Positions 1 through 12,581 of a stretch of DNA of 64,000 nucleotides are shown piece by piece. How positions within the stretch are numbered: the first letter of the stretch is position 1; each line of letters starts with the position of its first letter. The stretch is taken from NCBI GenBank assembly GCA_012026655.1, contig JAAILG010000612.1, positions 1 through 64,000 of the forward strand, written 5' to 3'. The position numbers and the translations under genes are program-made. The notes beneath the pieces were generated by a model. The model saw only the letters and a list, made by a program, of their open reading frames with translations. It made no database searches and was not told where the DNA came from. Origin of the DNA: Hydrolagus affinis (taxonomy: Eukaryota).

Positions 1-2278
1 CATCAGGAAGGGTTACGTCAATTTGAGGTTTACTGAGGCTTACGTCTGCATCAAATTCACCTTTCACTTTGGGAAGACTTACGTCAAGATCCAATTTGGG
101 AGCTTTTCTGTCGGGTGCAGAAATTCCAAATTTGGGCATCTTCATATGGGGCATTTTGAATTTTCCTTTTGTTCCTCCAATATCTACATCAGGAGCCTCT
201 ATACTGACGTCCAATGACGGTACTTGTACATCAATCTCAGGTCCCTTGATATCTGCTTTTGCTTTGGGATGTGTAATTTCAATGTCTCGCTTTTTCAAAC
301 TGAGATCCACCTCAGGGCCTTTAAATTTCGGCACTGAAATCCCAAAATCTGGCATTTTTACTGTTGGCAACTTGAATTTGCCATCTGGGCCTTCAATGTT
401 TACTTCAGCTGAACCAATCTCCACATCCATCGTTGGTATGTTGATATCTACTTCTGGAACTTTGATATCAGCTGATACATCAGGCACTGTTACGTCAACT
501 TTGGCTTTTTGAAGGTTTACTTCTGTATCAATTTCACCTTTCAGCGTTTTACTTGCATCCACATCTGCTTTTGGCACTTCAGCCTCATGTTTCGATTTGG
601 GAACTTTGATATGAGGTGCAGAAAATCCAATTTTGAGGCCTTTATTGTGGGATAGTTTGTATTTTCCTTGTTTTCCACCTATCTTAGCATCTGAAAGCTC
701 CATATCTATTTCCAATGAAGGTATGTCTGTATGTATCTCAGGTCCCTTGATGCCTAGTTTTGATTTGGTAATTGTAGCATCACTGTTTGCCTTTTTCGAA
801 CCTATATCCTCTTCAGTGTCTTTGAACTTTGGCATTGATAACCCAAAATTTGGCATTTTTACCTTTGGCATTTTAAACTTTGCATCTAAACCTGCAATGT
901 CTTTTGCAGAACCAATCCCCACTTCCATTGTTGGTGGATGAATTTCAGTCTCTGGATCTTTGATATGCATTGATGCAGCAGGTAGAGTTACTTCAGCTTG
1001 GGATTTTGTGGGACTGAAGTGCTCATGTCTTATCTTGGGAAGCGTCTCTTTCACTGTGTCTATTTTCAAGGAAGCATCAGGATTTTGCATCTGAACAACC
1101 CCAATGCTGAATTGACCACCCACCGTGGATGTTTTTGTATCAACTTTGGAGGCATCATCTGATGGATAAGATATGTCAACGTTTTGAGCCATCACACCAA
1201 GTGTAGTCTTTTTAATTTTCTTCTCTTTCTTCAATTTGGTTTTCTTTTGTGCATCTTCAATTGTCCCAAAGGCATCTTTGGATAGAGATACCTGGCTGTG
1301 TACGTGGGATCCTTTCATTTCTGTTTCAATACTTTTAAGTGGAATGTTCATATCTGGCTGTTTCATGATTATATCTGTTTGAAATGGTTGTAATGTGACA
1401 TCAGTTGGCACATCGATGCTTTGGTGTTTCATTTGTACCGTATAGCCAAGTGTTGAAGAGCCTGCCTTGTCTTTGTGTTGACTCTGTGTTGTTGCCTGCT
1501 CTCTTGAAAAGTGCAGACTGTCTTTCAATTGTTCAGAAGCTTTAAGAGATACATTTTGTAATTTCTCACCCTCTGCCTTTGGTTGTGAAATTTCAATTGT
1601 TTTACTCTCATGGTATTGAGGTGGGAGTGAGTGTGATGTCGCTTCCTGTGGTAATGCAATGGCATCTTTGGGAGAAATTGTATCCGACATCAAAAATTTA
1701 GCAATTTTGAGCTTTGGTATTTTGTATTTTGCTTCTAAGTCCAGATTTGTTTCTTGTTTTTCATCTTTGGGCTTTTGCTCAGTCGGTTTGACTTCTGTCA
1801 TTATTTTGTCATCTTTAGTGTTCTGCAATGTTAAATCTACAATTATTTTTGAACTGCCTTGTTTTGCTGTTGAAAATTCATTGCTATCTGTGAAAACCAT
1901 TTGTGCCTCTTCAAGGACCTTTGTACTTGGACCAAGATGTGGAAATTTTATTTTTTTTCTTCGTTTCTTTACTTTCTGGGGTGATTCTGACAAATGTAAA
2001 TGCGATTCTAAATCTGTGCTTGTTACAGTGATTACCTGCTGATCACGATCTTCTGTTTCTGGTAAACTGTGAGATCTATCTAATTTGTCCATCTTTGTTT
2101 TTCTGCTATCTGGAAATGTAGAGCCAGAAAATGTTATATCTGATACCTTAGCAGATTTTGTCGTGCCCTGATTACCCATTTCCTGACGTTGTGTTTCTCT
2201 GTGTATTTTCATTTCTTCAGAATCAACCAGTTTTGTTTTTTGCTTATACAGGTCCGTAAAAATGTCTTCTTTTTCTCC
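1..2278 (-). CDS. AHNAK2: AHNAK2 giant exon, 5' part (continues beyond the window edge): post-PDZ linker, basic segments and the first AHNAK-type repeats
   Basis: Acceptor ttcttcatag|GGA at 2278 (phase 0). Frame reads GEKEDIFTDLYKQKTK...LDRSHSLPETEDRDQQVITVTSTDLESHL...KVKKRRKKIKFP..., resembling human AHNAK2 RSHSSSE..TSTDTE. It then enters AHNAK repeats (KFKMPKVKMPKFG, KGPEIDVQVPSLDV, KFKMPHMKMPKFGISAP, DVSLPKVKGE) and is still in frame at base 1. The ORF track lists no stop-terminated minus ORF here, consistent with an uninterrupted frame. Confidence 0.95.
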
Positions 2279-2449
2279 CTATGAAGAAATACAGATTATT
2301 ATTTCATCAGTTTATGTTTGAGAAGAAGCTATCTTTTTAGGATGTGTCAAATGTTGCCAACAACTAATGTTACAGTAGTTTTTGTTCATATCTCGGAGTG
2401 CGTTTTCAGTGAACCATTCGTTTATTTTTCTGCATTGAATTATAATCGT

Positions 2450-2878
2450 GTGTCAGCCTGGCTCAATTAATAGCACTCCACAAAATGGACGAATTGAGGT
2501 TGAAGCCTAACAATGGAACTTTAAGTTTGTTTCCTAGGCTGACACTAATAATAATAATAATAATAATCTCACATTTGTTGCATTGTTAAATGGAGTGCTG
2601 CATTGTCGGAGCCCACTTCCTTTGAATAAGATGATAAAACAAAGTTCTGTCTGCCTGTTCAGATAAACATTAAAGATCCTCCACTACCAATCGAGAAGAG
2701 AAAGGAGTTTCTCACTCAGATAAAAAAATTGGTCGCCCACTTCCAGACTCTCTAAATTGACTAGTGCATTTGCCTATGAACAGTCAGTCAGTGCATTTTT
2801 CAAACAAGTCTGTGAAATGACTTAAGGTGTTTTGACAGGAGAACCTGCTGTAACAAGTGCAAGAATGATTATTGTTAC
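2450..2878 (+). mobile_element. Deu-domain SINE copy in the last AHNAK2 intron (other copies at about 38030-38380 minus; 44795-44895, 51290-51632, 53425-53830, 57960-58280, 58960-59200 plus)
   Basis: ggagtgctgcattgtcggagcc...aagatgataaaacaaagttctgtctgcctgttcagataaacattaaagatcc...gagaagagaaaggagtttctc. Confidence 0.75.
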
Positions 2879-3242
2879 AAGGTATAATATTATGCCTAGT
2901 GGCTCAGACAATTGTGTAAAAAAATATTGTGGTAGAGCAATTCTGGGTTTGCCTCCCAGTGGGTACCTTCAGAGAGATTTATAAAATGAGCACCATGTTT
3001 TCAAAATTTGGAGTAGATGGGAAGAGGTAAGCAGGGTCTGGAGCTTACAAGATCATAAGAAAGATTCAGATGCAGAGATCCCTTTGATTTATTTGATCAC
3101 ATTTGTCCATTACCTTCTTCCTATTACAGCAATCAAGATGTTTCTTAAATGAGCTCAACAACAAAATACAACAAAATTACACTTGTATAGCGCCTTTCAC
3201 GTCAGGAGGACATTAAATGTTTCTCCTAGAAAGTAAACCTAC

Positions 3243-3424
3243 CACAATCGATTTAAAGTCTTTCACATCGACTTGCTCGGGTCCTATTGCAGCAGCTGCA
3301 GCACTCGGGATCTTTCGTTTCAGGCAGTATTGCATTTTGTATGGCTCGGAGTACTGCAAAATCTTGAGAGCGTCTTCAAATTTCATTTTATCAAAGTAAA
3401 CTGTTGCACTGACAAGTTGATCAC
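3243..3424 (-). CDS. AHNAK2: AHNAK2 exon, C-terminal half of the PDZ domain
   Basis: ttccttcag|GT GAT CAA...ATT GTG|gtaggt; 182 nt, phase 1 to 0. Encodes [40 protein letters not shown]..., matching the AHNAK2/periaxin PDZ motif [14 protein letters not shown]. Confidence 0.96.
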
Positions 3425-3609
3425 CTGAAGGAAAAATAAAAGAATTTGGTTAAGTTTTAAATGTTTACGATAACCTTCTTTAATTGAGATGTCATCAAGT
3501 ACAATAGGTATTTCATTTAATATAACAGTTTCAACTATAGCGAGGATGCATAAAAATAGCAAGGAGCGATTGTGGATTTGACTGTGAATGTGTCATGTGT
3601 TATGGTGGT

Positions 3610-3700
3610 TAGTTGGAGTTGAGATACAGATCAGTCATGATCTTATAGAATGGCAGAACAAGTACAAGGGGCTGAATGGCCTACTCCTGTTCCTATGTAC
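3610..3700 (+). mobile_element. CR1 3' end fragment
   Basis: agatcagtcatgatcttatagaatggcagaaca...aggggctgaatggcctactcctgttcctatgt, the same tail as the 60.5-61.5 kb CR1. Confidence 0.85.
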
Positions 3701-4033
3701 CAGCTAATTCCTTCCCTGATCGACGATTGATTGTCAATCACTTATTTCTGGTTCATCAACACTTTGAAACTAACTTGTTTCTCCTAACTTGGAAGGATTC
3801 AGTATAAATGTAAGAAGCTTGATGCTATGATGGGAGAGTGGATATTCTGGAGAAATGAGATCAGATGGGTTGAAGGGCCTTTTAAAATAATAATAATAAT
3901 TATTATAGGTCAGTGTTTATACTGCATTATTCATTTAAGAACTGAACTATAGGGGGAGCTCTCAGTCTTCCAGTTTTAAACTTTTAAGACTTTTTCCAAG
4001 TAAGCCAGGGGGAGGGAATATTTAATGTCTTAC

Positions 4034-4187
4034 CTTCTTTCATGTTTAATAGCTTTGCGGCAGGAGATTCTTTTTGCACATTCTTGATAAATATACCCTT
4101 ATCTTCTCCACCCTTCACACTGAATCCACTTGCACCTACTTCAGCTTCTGTTTTCAAAATCACTTCTATGTCGGTTTCCATTTCTCT
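4034..4187 (-). CDS. AHNAK2: AHNAK2 exon, N-terminal half of the PDZ domain
   Basis: ccttgcag|AGA GAA ATG...AAA GAA G|gtaaga; 154 nt. Encodes REMETDIEVILKTEAEVGASGFSVKGGEDKGIFIKNVQKESPAAKLLNMKEG (seen inside ORF 3984..4229), similar to human [45 protein letters not shown]. Confidence 0.96.
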
Positions 4188-4325
4188 CTGCAAGGAGGGT
4201 AAAAAGATTGTAAATTGTGCTTGATGCATGTAGCAGTATTTTTATGCTTTTCCATTTAATGCATTTGTTTCCAATCTATGTAAACGTTACAGAGCAATTA
4301 AAAGCAAGACGTTATTTAAACCCAC

Positions 4326-4448
4326 CGCTTCATGACTCATGCTTGCAGGTAACTGTTTCTTTGTTACGTTTTCTAACTCTCTTTTAAATTTTTCTTTTTT
4401 GTGATAAGTAAATTACTGAAATCCCTCATGCAGATTCTCCTCTGGCAC
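4326..4448 (-). other. AHNAK2: Candidate AHNAK2 cassette exon with an in-frame TAA and an internal start ATG (MSHEA)
   Basis: ttcagtag|GTG CCA GAG...CAG TAA...GCA AGC ATG AGT CAT GAA GCG|gtgggt; 123 nt, phase 0-0. TAA at 4415-4413. ATG at 4340 has A at -3 and is in frame with the PDZ exon. Position and MSHEA resemble human MSRPEA just before the PDZ. The acceptor pyrimidine tract is weak. Confidence 0.6.
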
Positions 4449-4628
4449 CTACTGAACAGAATTATGTAACTAGTTACACTGGGAGAATCTTCAAATCATT
4501 CATCAAAAAGCATTCCTAAATTGCAGTGTATGATGTTAGGATGCGCAAATTAAATAGTCTAAATTATGCCATATTTATAATGCACTTCATTTAATGCAAT
4601 GTTTGATGTTACAAGTATGGTTACATCT

Positions 4629-5030
4629 GTTTTACTTCCAAAACTATCCCACTACAATAAGCTACAGTATAACTCCAGTTACATTCCAATAAACATTTAA
4701 ACATTGGGTGGTCTATATTTGGGAGGTTTGGTCACAAGCTAAACCCTCAAGCATTATAAAGTTATGTATAAGTAGGATTTTATATGATTAATACATAACA
4801 AATACAGTAAACAACCACAAGGTCCTTGTTACTAACTTGAATTTAGTTGTATCTGTATTATCTGACGCCACAACTAAAATATGCCAATTTGTTAAACACT
4901 TAAGAGTTTAGCTTGCAATCAAACCTCCCAAAAATGGACCACACACGTTTAGAGGTTTATTGGAATTGGCTGCAATATAACAGTAGTTGTACTGTGCCTC
5001 ACTGTATTCAGCTAGTTTTAGAAGTAAAAT
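4629..5030. mobile_element. Foldback/MITE-like element with about 130-bp imperfect inverted arms
   Basis: Left arm ttttacttccaaaacta...ttccaataaacatttaaac...tggtctatatttgggaggtttggtcacaagctaaaccctcaag is the reverse complement of right arm cttaagagtttagcttgcaatcaaacctcccaaaaatggacca...gtttagaggtttattggaa...tagttttagaagtaaaa. Confidence 0.75.
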
Positions 5031-5689
5031 CAAATTGATGTCCTCAAAACTGAATTTGTACCATGCTTTTAACATGAGACCAATGCACTCTAGAAGTGTA
5101 TAGGGCTTAAACTAGGGAATTTTTTCATTTCATTTTCCATGTTTGTTTCAAGCGGAACAGTGCGCCTGATATACTTTATTTAATGCAGTAAATGGGATAG
5201 CGGCGTGACACGTTAGGAAATTATTTATTTGGGACCATAAAAGGTTTATAATTTGGATGTTTATCCAAATTGTAAAATATGACAGGTGCAAAGAGATCAA
5301 AGTGATTCTTGGTAGGTAACTGAATGGGTCACTGGTGCATGCACAACTTAGGCAATTGTACGATTCATTTAAAAAAAAGGACCCATCGAGATTGAATGTG
5401 TTTCTGAGACTGAAAATGTCCAGTTCATTCAGCCCTTTTAGTAACTAATTGACTGCTTATTGACCTGTTGTTGCTGAATCTGCCAATTGGACATGAGCAC
5501 AAACACATACATTACCATGCATCTGACTATAGCAGCTTCCAATTTTGCTGCTCAGACTTGATTATTGTCTGGCAGGCACTGACAATTGAGTTGTTATTTG
5601 CTAAACAATAATTTAGCACAGCAAAATTCCAATTACCATGCTGATAATTAATCAATTTTGTTATTACATGAACAATTTAATCTACTTAC

Positions 5690-5800
5690 CTTTTTGTCCC
5701 TGCCTCCGATTTCCTCTGTTAATGAGTAGTCATACACCGGTGAAGACCCTTGAGGCCTTGGTCTAACAGTTTCTACAAATTCAGTTGGCAGCTCACACAC
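5690..5800 (-). CDS. AHNAK2: AHNAK2 coding exon 3
   Basis: ctcgttctag|GTG TGT...AAA AAG|gtaagt; 111 nt, phase 0-0. Encodes VCELPTEFVETVRPRPQGSSPVYDYSLTEEIGGRDKK, containing the AHNAK2 motif RPRPQGSSPVY[DE]Y. Confidence 0.93.
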
Positions 5801-6316
5801 CTAGAACGAGGATATTGCAAATGTCACATCACAAAACCAAAAGGAAATCTTAAATTAAATAAAATGGCCTGGACATATTTTAGTTTCAATTGGGTATTTT
5901 TAATGAAAGACCATTTTGTTATCCAACCTACCATTGTTATCTAATGTTATCTGATTCAAATAATAATTATAAAAGTTTGTTTCATTTCCTCTGACTGCAC
6001 ACTAGCCATTTCTTATTACCGTATTAAGATCAAGGCCTTTTTAGGAAAAGATTAAACATTTCCCGCAATAAAAAGAATATTATTGGTTAGCATGTAATAT
6101 AAGAACTTTCATCCAAATTACTATTGTTTAAAGAAATGGGATACATTCAAATCATGTGTTTAATAATTTTTGAAAACACTAGTTTTTAAAATATTTACAC
6201 TCAGATATGCAGTGCCAATCTAAGATATATATAGCAGAGACTGTATCCTAGAACTATTTCATACTTGTTTCATACTTATAGTTGAATAGCTGATAATTTC
6301 ATAAATGATTACTTAC

Positions 6317-6369
6317 AGAATCATCATCTCCATCTTCTGCCTCGGTGTCCTTCAGACACTGGACAGATC
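6317..6369 (-). CDS. AHNAK2: AHNAK2 coding exon 2
   Basis: ttttttttccccctatag|GA TCT GTC...GAT TCT|gtaagt; 53 nt, phase 1 to 0. Encodes (G)SVQCLKDTEAEDGDDDS, comparable to human ...GAETEDDHS. Strong splice sites, and phases fit exons 1 and 3. Confidence 0.88.
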
Positions 6370-7889
6370 CTATAGGGGGAAAAAAAATGCTTAATAGCTG
6401 CAGGAAATAACAATACTTAAAATATTGTGATACTTAAAATATAAAGTTAAGATAGTCTTCACAAATGTCTTCACAAATGCTGTCTATCCACATTAAACAA
6501 GCCCTAACACAAGCTGTTGTATGCAAGATTTTCTTAAATCTCAGATTTCATGGCCACAGGCATCGGGTCCCAATAAATGCTTCAGTCTGAATTCTTTTCC
6601 CAACCACATTCTATGTGCACTAGTTGTCATGGCACCATCAGAAAACAAGACATACACTATCTTTATGGTAATAGTGTTTCTTAGCAATAAAAAGAAGGCA
6701 AAGTTTAGGACTGTGAAGAACAATTTCAGGACAGGCACCAGGAAATATTTCTTTACACACACAGAAGATAATTAATGATTGAAACAGGAAGGGCTTTGGA
6801 GGCTAGATTCATTGACAAAACAGCTTAATGTGATATTGCAGAACAGTCAGTGGGTCTTTTGAAGGATATTATGAAACTGGCCAAAGAACCTTATTCAATA
6901 ATCAAAGAGGGGTGGAGGGCAAGGGGGGTGGAGGAGGGAACATGACCGAAGGCACAGACGAAAAGGAAGATCTTCAGATGGGCTTTGATGGAGACAAGAG
7001 GGGGCGTGTAGCAGTGGAGTGCTGGGATGGAGCTCTGCAGCGTGGGGGCTGAAAAACTGATAGTGGAGCAGACAGTGACTAACAGGTTGGTGAAATTTTA
7101 ATAGGTCGCAAAGGCAGGATGAAAAAACAATTCAAATCTAATTCTAGCATACTGAGATTCTATCTAGTCAAAGCTGAATTGATTTCAACTGGTGGAGGGT
7201 CATGGTTTTATGAAGGGGCGCCAACAACTGAAGATTGTTATAAACACAGTAAATAATTCAGTTATCATAAAACACAACCTAATGACATCTTTATTGGTAT
7301 ATAATTATGCCGTTCTTAGTTATTGTGTTAAAACAAATGCCTAATATCTTTCTGTATTTGACATGCAATCCCGGATTTAGTTGGATTTGGTGGAATTAGC
7401 ACATTATCTAACTGTATGCAGGGCTACCATTAACTTCCAAATCTGAAATTATAGAATTGTTGAAGCATTTCTGGATGAATTACTTTATCGCAGTTGATGT
7501 GAAGCACCTCTCATACACTTTTTGGTTCAATAACTCCAAATTGTCATTGTTTGATGAGATAATCAATTTTTTTTAAAGTTTTAAATAGTTAACTGAAAAT
7601 CAAAAAGAAATTAACATTAGTCGTAATTATTTGTGTTGGAGGACTTGGTTGGAAAACTGATTTTTAAACACCGAAAGATAATTTTTATAACTATAAAACA
7701 TTTTAAAGTTTATATGATGTCATCCAACCATTCTTTCACCCTCCCAACTATTTTTATGATAAAAATTCTTTGGCCCCTTTTACAACATTTGATGGAAAAG
7801 TTGGAAAATGTTAGAAAATATCACCCTTAGAAATAAATCATCCTTTTATTTCCATTATCTACCAGCAGAGCAATGAAACATTAACTCTG

Positions 7890-8090
7890 GTTAAGATCCG
7901 TGTTAAACTCTGCGACCACATCACTCCCATCCTCGCCCAGCTCCATTGGCTCCCCCGCCCAACCATCGGTGGCCAAGCTTTCAGTCTCTCTGCCCCCACA
8001 TTGGTTTCAAGACCCTCCTCTTCGATTGTGTCTTCTGCCACCCTCCCAACTCTCTCACTCTCATGCCCCCATTTGTCCCACAAACTACAA
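7890..8090 (+). mobile_element. Decayed L2 fragment
   Basis: gaccacatcactcccatcctcgcccagctccattggctcccc reads DHITPILAQLHWLP, followed by ggtggccaagctttcagtctctctgccccc. Confidence 0.75.
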
Positions 8091-11000
8091 GCATTGAATA
8101 GAATGTCAAATCTGGAGAGCTTTTAACTATTTTGAATACTGAGGTTTAGACTGTGGATATGAACGAACATTGTGCAATTTTGCCAGATTACCATACAGTA
8201 TTGTCCTAGAATATTAAATGGCTGGTGTGAAATTTGTTACAGGGCAGATAGTACTTAGCCTGAGGAAGGAGTGGGTTTGGTAGATCAATTGGCTTTTCCC
8301 AATTTTACTTTTTCTTGGTCTCTTAAGACACCTTTTTATTCTTAATGGTTGAAATCAGTCAATTCAACAGAGACTGGCATTCATATCTGTAACTTCATGG
8401 TCTGCATGGTATAGGCCTGGATACCTTTGCTCACTTGATCCCCTTCCTTTCATCTTAAGGGAAAGAACCAATAGTTCACATCTGTGCTTCTCTTTAATAC
8501 CATCTGCTGGAAATGAACCATCTATTGGATCATAGATAGAGACTTGGATCTTGTCATTCTATGAAGCAATACAACTGTCCATATTGCCAACTACAGGTAC
8601 CTCACAAAAAGTCACTTTTGTCGTCCAAAAGACCAAACACTTTTAAATAAATTGCTCTTAATGCAAAATGCTTAAAATTCAATTTGCATAAGAACTCTTT
8701 TGACTAATGAAACAATTCCACGCACAAATACACAATGGTAGCATTATTGCAGAGATAAAAGAGAAATTTGAGAAATTTTCAACAACATGGCGCTGTACAC
8801 TTAATTTACTAATTCAATCCAGTGTGTTGGATAACTGACAAATCCCGTGAGCAAGTTGTGGTAAATAGTTGACCCTACCAAATGAAAGAGTAAGCAGGCA
8901 TGTAGCATTCCAAGCTAAAAATAATCAGCAGTTCGTGCACGTCACATGGTATAATCCCACTGACACTGACTCTATGTCTGACATGGTTAGTAAAACATAT
9001 TAAAGATTTCTACTGCTACTCAGAAACATGTGAGAGTCCGAAGTATGGTATTTCGAATGGTGGATATTTTAGCTGCTTCTGAGGCTACTGATGGTCAGAT
9101 GTGGGACATATTTAACTTACTCCTGGTTGATATTGGGAAATTTTTCCAATATTTATCTGCTGAAGTAAATTGTCGTGGCCTTGAGGTGTATTTTCTTCCA
9201 TTTTCTATGGTAGACCGAATGCAGTTCCATAGATCCAACACAGGAACAGTGCAGGAATCTATAGCATTGATAAACATTAGAATCTGCACTGGTCAACAAC
9301 AGCATCAACTTGCACTTATATAGTGCCCTCTGCGCTGGGTAGCGTTTCAGAGTGCTTAACAATGGCGGAGTCTGGCCAAGTTGGTATTGAGTTTCAGCCA
9401 GAAATTAAAAATTGGATGTGCAACAAGAGGAATTGCTAAGAGGAAACGTTTTTACCACTTTAAACTGGGAAACAAACTGTGGATAATATAATTTTTAAGC
9501 ATTTTAAGCAACATGGCAGTGTAGATTGTCTGCAAAATAATAATTAATTATATTTGTCTAGCATGTGTACTTCTAAAAAAAACAAAGACCATTGTCAATC
9601 ACGTTGAGAGGTCTATGGGAATGCATGTATACTGCAGTTGAATTCTGATAAATCCACAACATTTTTCCGGGGAATTTTATTATATGATCATGACTTGTAA
9701 TATAAATTCTAAACTGCAGGTGGAAATCATCAGTTGGCAAATCTATACAATGTGCCCATTTAAACACTCAAGTCCGAAGTTCCATCGAACCACTAAAATA
9801 AAACATTTGTTGCAAATATGTTTTCACTCAACTTTTAAATTGTCTTTACAGTAAATGAAAATCAAACTGAAACTTCCTCGCATTTATTGCGCCACTGATT
9901 GATGGTACTGTCTTCAAGGAACCGAAAACAAGGTGTAATGAAATATGTCACTTGAAGCACCATAATTTTTATTATGTAATAATAGTTAGTTGGCCCTTCT
10001 ATGGCTGCTCCCACTTCAAATGTAAAAGAATTTCAACCACTTTTTCAAGACAATATCTCTTCAAAGATGGAATAATTGGTGGTATTTTCTGCTGGAATCA
10101 TAATACTGTATTTTAATGTGTTTGAAAAACAACTCAGATTTTTACGAGAGTGAATGATGGATGGTTAGCTCAAGTAACAATCTCTACTTGGATCATTATT
10201 ATTATCTTTATTATTATTATCTCTATTACTGGAAGTAACATATTTAGAATAATAATCATTCTTGAATTTGATGTAGATTTTATTACATAATTGAAATGCC
10301 TCAGGGACTGCACAGGATTTACTGTGAAGTGTAGTGACTGTGTACTTGAAGGAGCACACTATTGCAGCAATCAACTCTATGGACATATTTATGTTTTTAA
10401 AAATATTTCATTAAAAATGTGGGAATTGAATCAATTAACCTCAGATTTTTTTTAAATTTAGTCAGTTACTGAAGTGATTAAATGTGCAGAAGCTAGGCTT
10501 ATTTGGCTTGATGTTGATGTATTCGAGGAAAAGAGTGAGCAAACAGTTAAATTGCTGATAGACAACCCCATTTCATTCCGGAGACCCTTAGAGCCAAGCC
10601 AGTACACAGCATATCTCCAACTAACCAATAAAAGCAAAATGTAGGTGTGTTTATTTTATATTCACTGAGTCAAGATTCTTCTGTGTCCCTGAATTCTAAC
10701 TAAATCAAATTTATACACAGAACTGAACAGGCCTGTCAAGTGCCGGCTCCACAAAGCTTTCAGCTAATTGCTATATTGATTTAAAAATGTTCATTCAATT
10801 ATAATTTAATTACTCAGTACAGCTTTAATTATGTGTTATTAAGAGGTGGATCTAAAACCCTCAACACTACATTTTTTAATTAAAAACCACTTCATTTGAA
10901 AAGCTATCCTATTTGAAGTAATTTGGTGCCTGTGTCTCAAGGTTCCATTTACACATGCCTTGTTCCAGCAATTTGACATCCTTATTTACCTCTATATTGC

Positions 11001-12581
11001 CTTGAAATTAAAATCAAATTGCCTATAACATAATAAGTAAAAGAAAATAGCAAGGCAAATTAGCAATTCTGTATACAGTATAACAAAAAGAGTGCAGTAT
11101 TGCTGGAAACTGAACATTCAAGGAAACAATAACAATATGCCAAATGTGGCATAATAATGTTTGGTAATACAGTACTGTGCTGGGTTATATTGTCTGTTGT
11201 AGCATTGCATTGTAAAACATTAAACACACCTTGCTGTTTATAACAACAACAGAAAACGCTCACATTTTGCTGATCAAATAGAATACTGTATCCCCAGCCC
11301 AAACCACAGGTTAGGTTAGTGTTCATACATCTGGATCACATTATATACAAAGACTTAAGCTGTCAAAATCAGAGGCAGGACTCAAATCCCGAAGGAGCTT
11401 TCGCAATACTAAGGTCACTTGCCAGAACTACACTGTAGATTGGCAAGACAGCAGCAAATGGGCAGACGTAAGCTTTATTCTGTTAACTGTATGTGAGCCT
11501 TCCAGCTCTGCACTATGCTATAAGTCAGTTCATTCTGTGATTAACACCTATACAAAGGAAAAGTATTACTGTACAACTGTGTAACATTAGACATATTCCA
11601 ATAAATGCAAAGAGCATTTATATCAGAGATCTATGCTGAGAACTACGTCAGTCCTGTAGACTTAAGTGAGAATAGTTAATGTGTGAGAATAATATTTGCA
11701 TGCAGTTATCAAAGTATCTCATGTTGACACATACTAAGTGTGTCAAGTGGCACCTCCATTACAACACAGAAAAATAGCCAGTTTGCTATAAACAGTGTCT
11801 TTTTGTCCTTAATTAGAAAATGGTCACACCGTTATTGTAATGACTCCCAAACTTGGTGTTGTAGAGAATAAGGGCTTACTGTGTTTAACTTTGTTTGTAC
11901 TTGTAACTTTGATATACAGTACTGTTGTTTTACATGGCATCAATACCTTAGCTTTCAGGACAAAATAACAAGGCTGGAAACAACCCTGCATATTACAAGA
12001 AGAGTGTAATATCCCTGGAAACTCAACATTTGAGTAAACAATACAACGTGTTCATTGCCAAGACCTCTTTGGCACCAAATTACAAACTTTGTAACACATT
12101 GTGGATGGAAAACATTGCAAAGCATCTATTTCTGTTTTAGTTAAACAATTCCTGTAAAAGACTTGATTCGTGTGTTTGACTAGTTTACAAAATACTCTGC
12201 CTATGGAAGGCTAGAAATGGGACAGATCCCAAGAATTCGCTACAATAAATAACGATTGTAAAGTAAGATGCTTTTATCCATGTGTTTCACATAATAAATC
12301 ACGCTCGTTCCATTGACAAAAGAGCATTAAAACATTCTCATCAGTATAATAAAACATGTGCTTTAAAATGGCCTGAGACAAAAAGCATTGCTTAGCCTGG
12401 GAAGTTTTAAAAAGAGTCAGTAAAATGGCAAACACTCAAACTATGCTGTTGAGCTTATGCATTGTAATTGTATTAAATTCCCCCAAATAATAATTAATGT
12501 TTCAAGCAGTTTATTCATTTTTTGAAAAAACATTGTGGGGTACAATTATGTTTCTGGTTTTCTCCCCACTGGTACCTATAT

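Noticed and set aside
23-2042. Plus-strand ORFs 23..217, 69..512, 633..941 and 1659..2042
   Set aside because: They are antisense shadows of the AHNAK2 giant exon, with no independent coding signal.
1-6369. Assignment to AHNAK or periaxin instead of AHNAK2
   Set aside because: The MCDCFH start, RPRPQGSSPVY, the RSHS..TSTD segment and the roughly 165-aa repeat period are AHNAK2 features.
9030-9362. Overlapping ORFs on both strands in intron 1
   Set aside because: No recognisable domain, splice context or homology.
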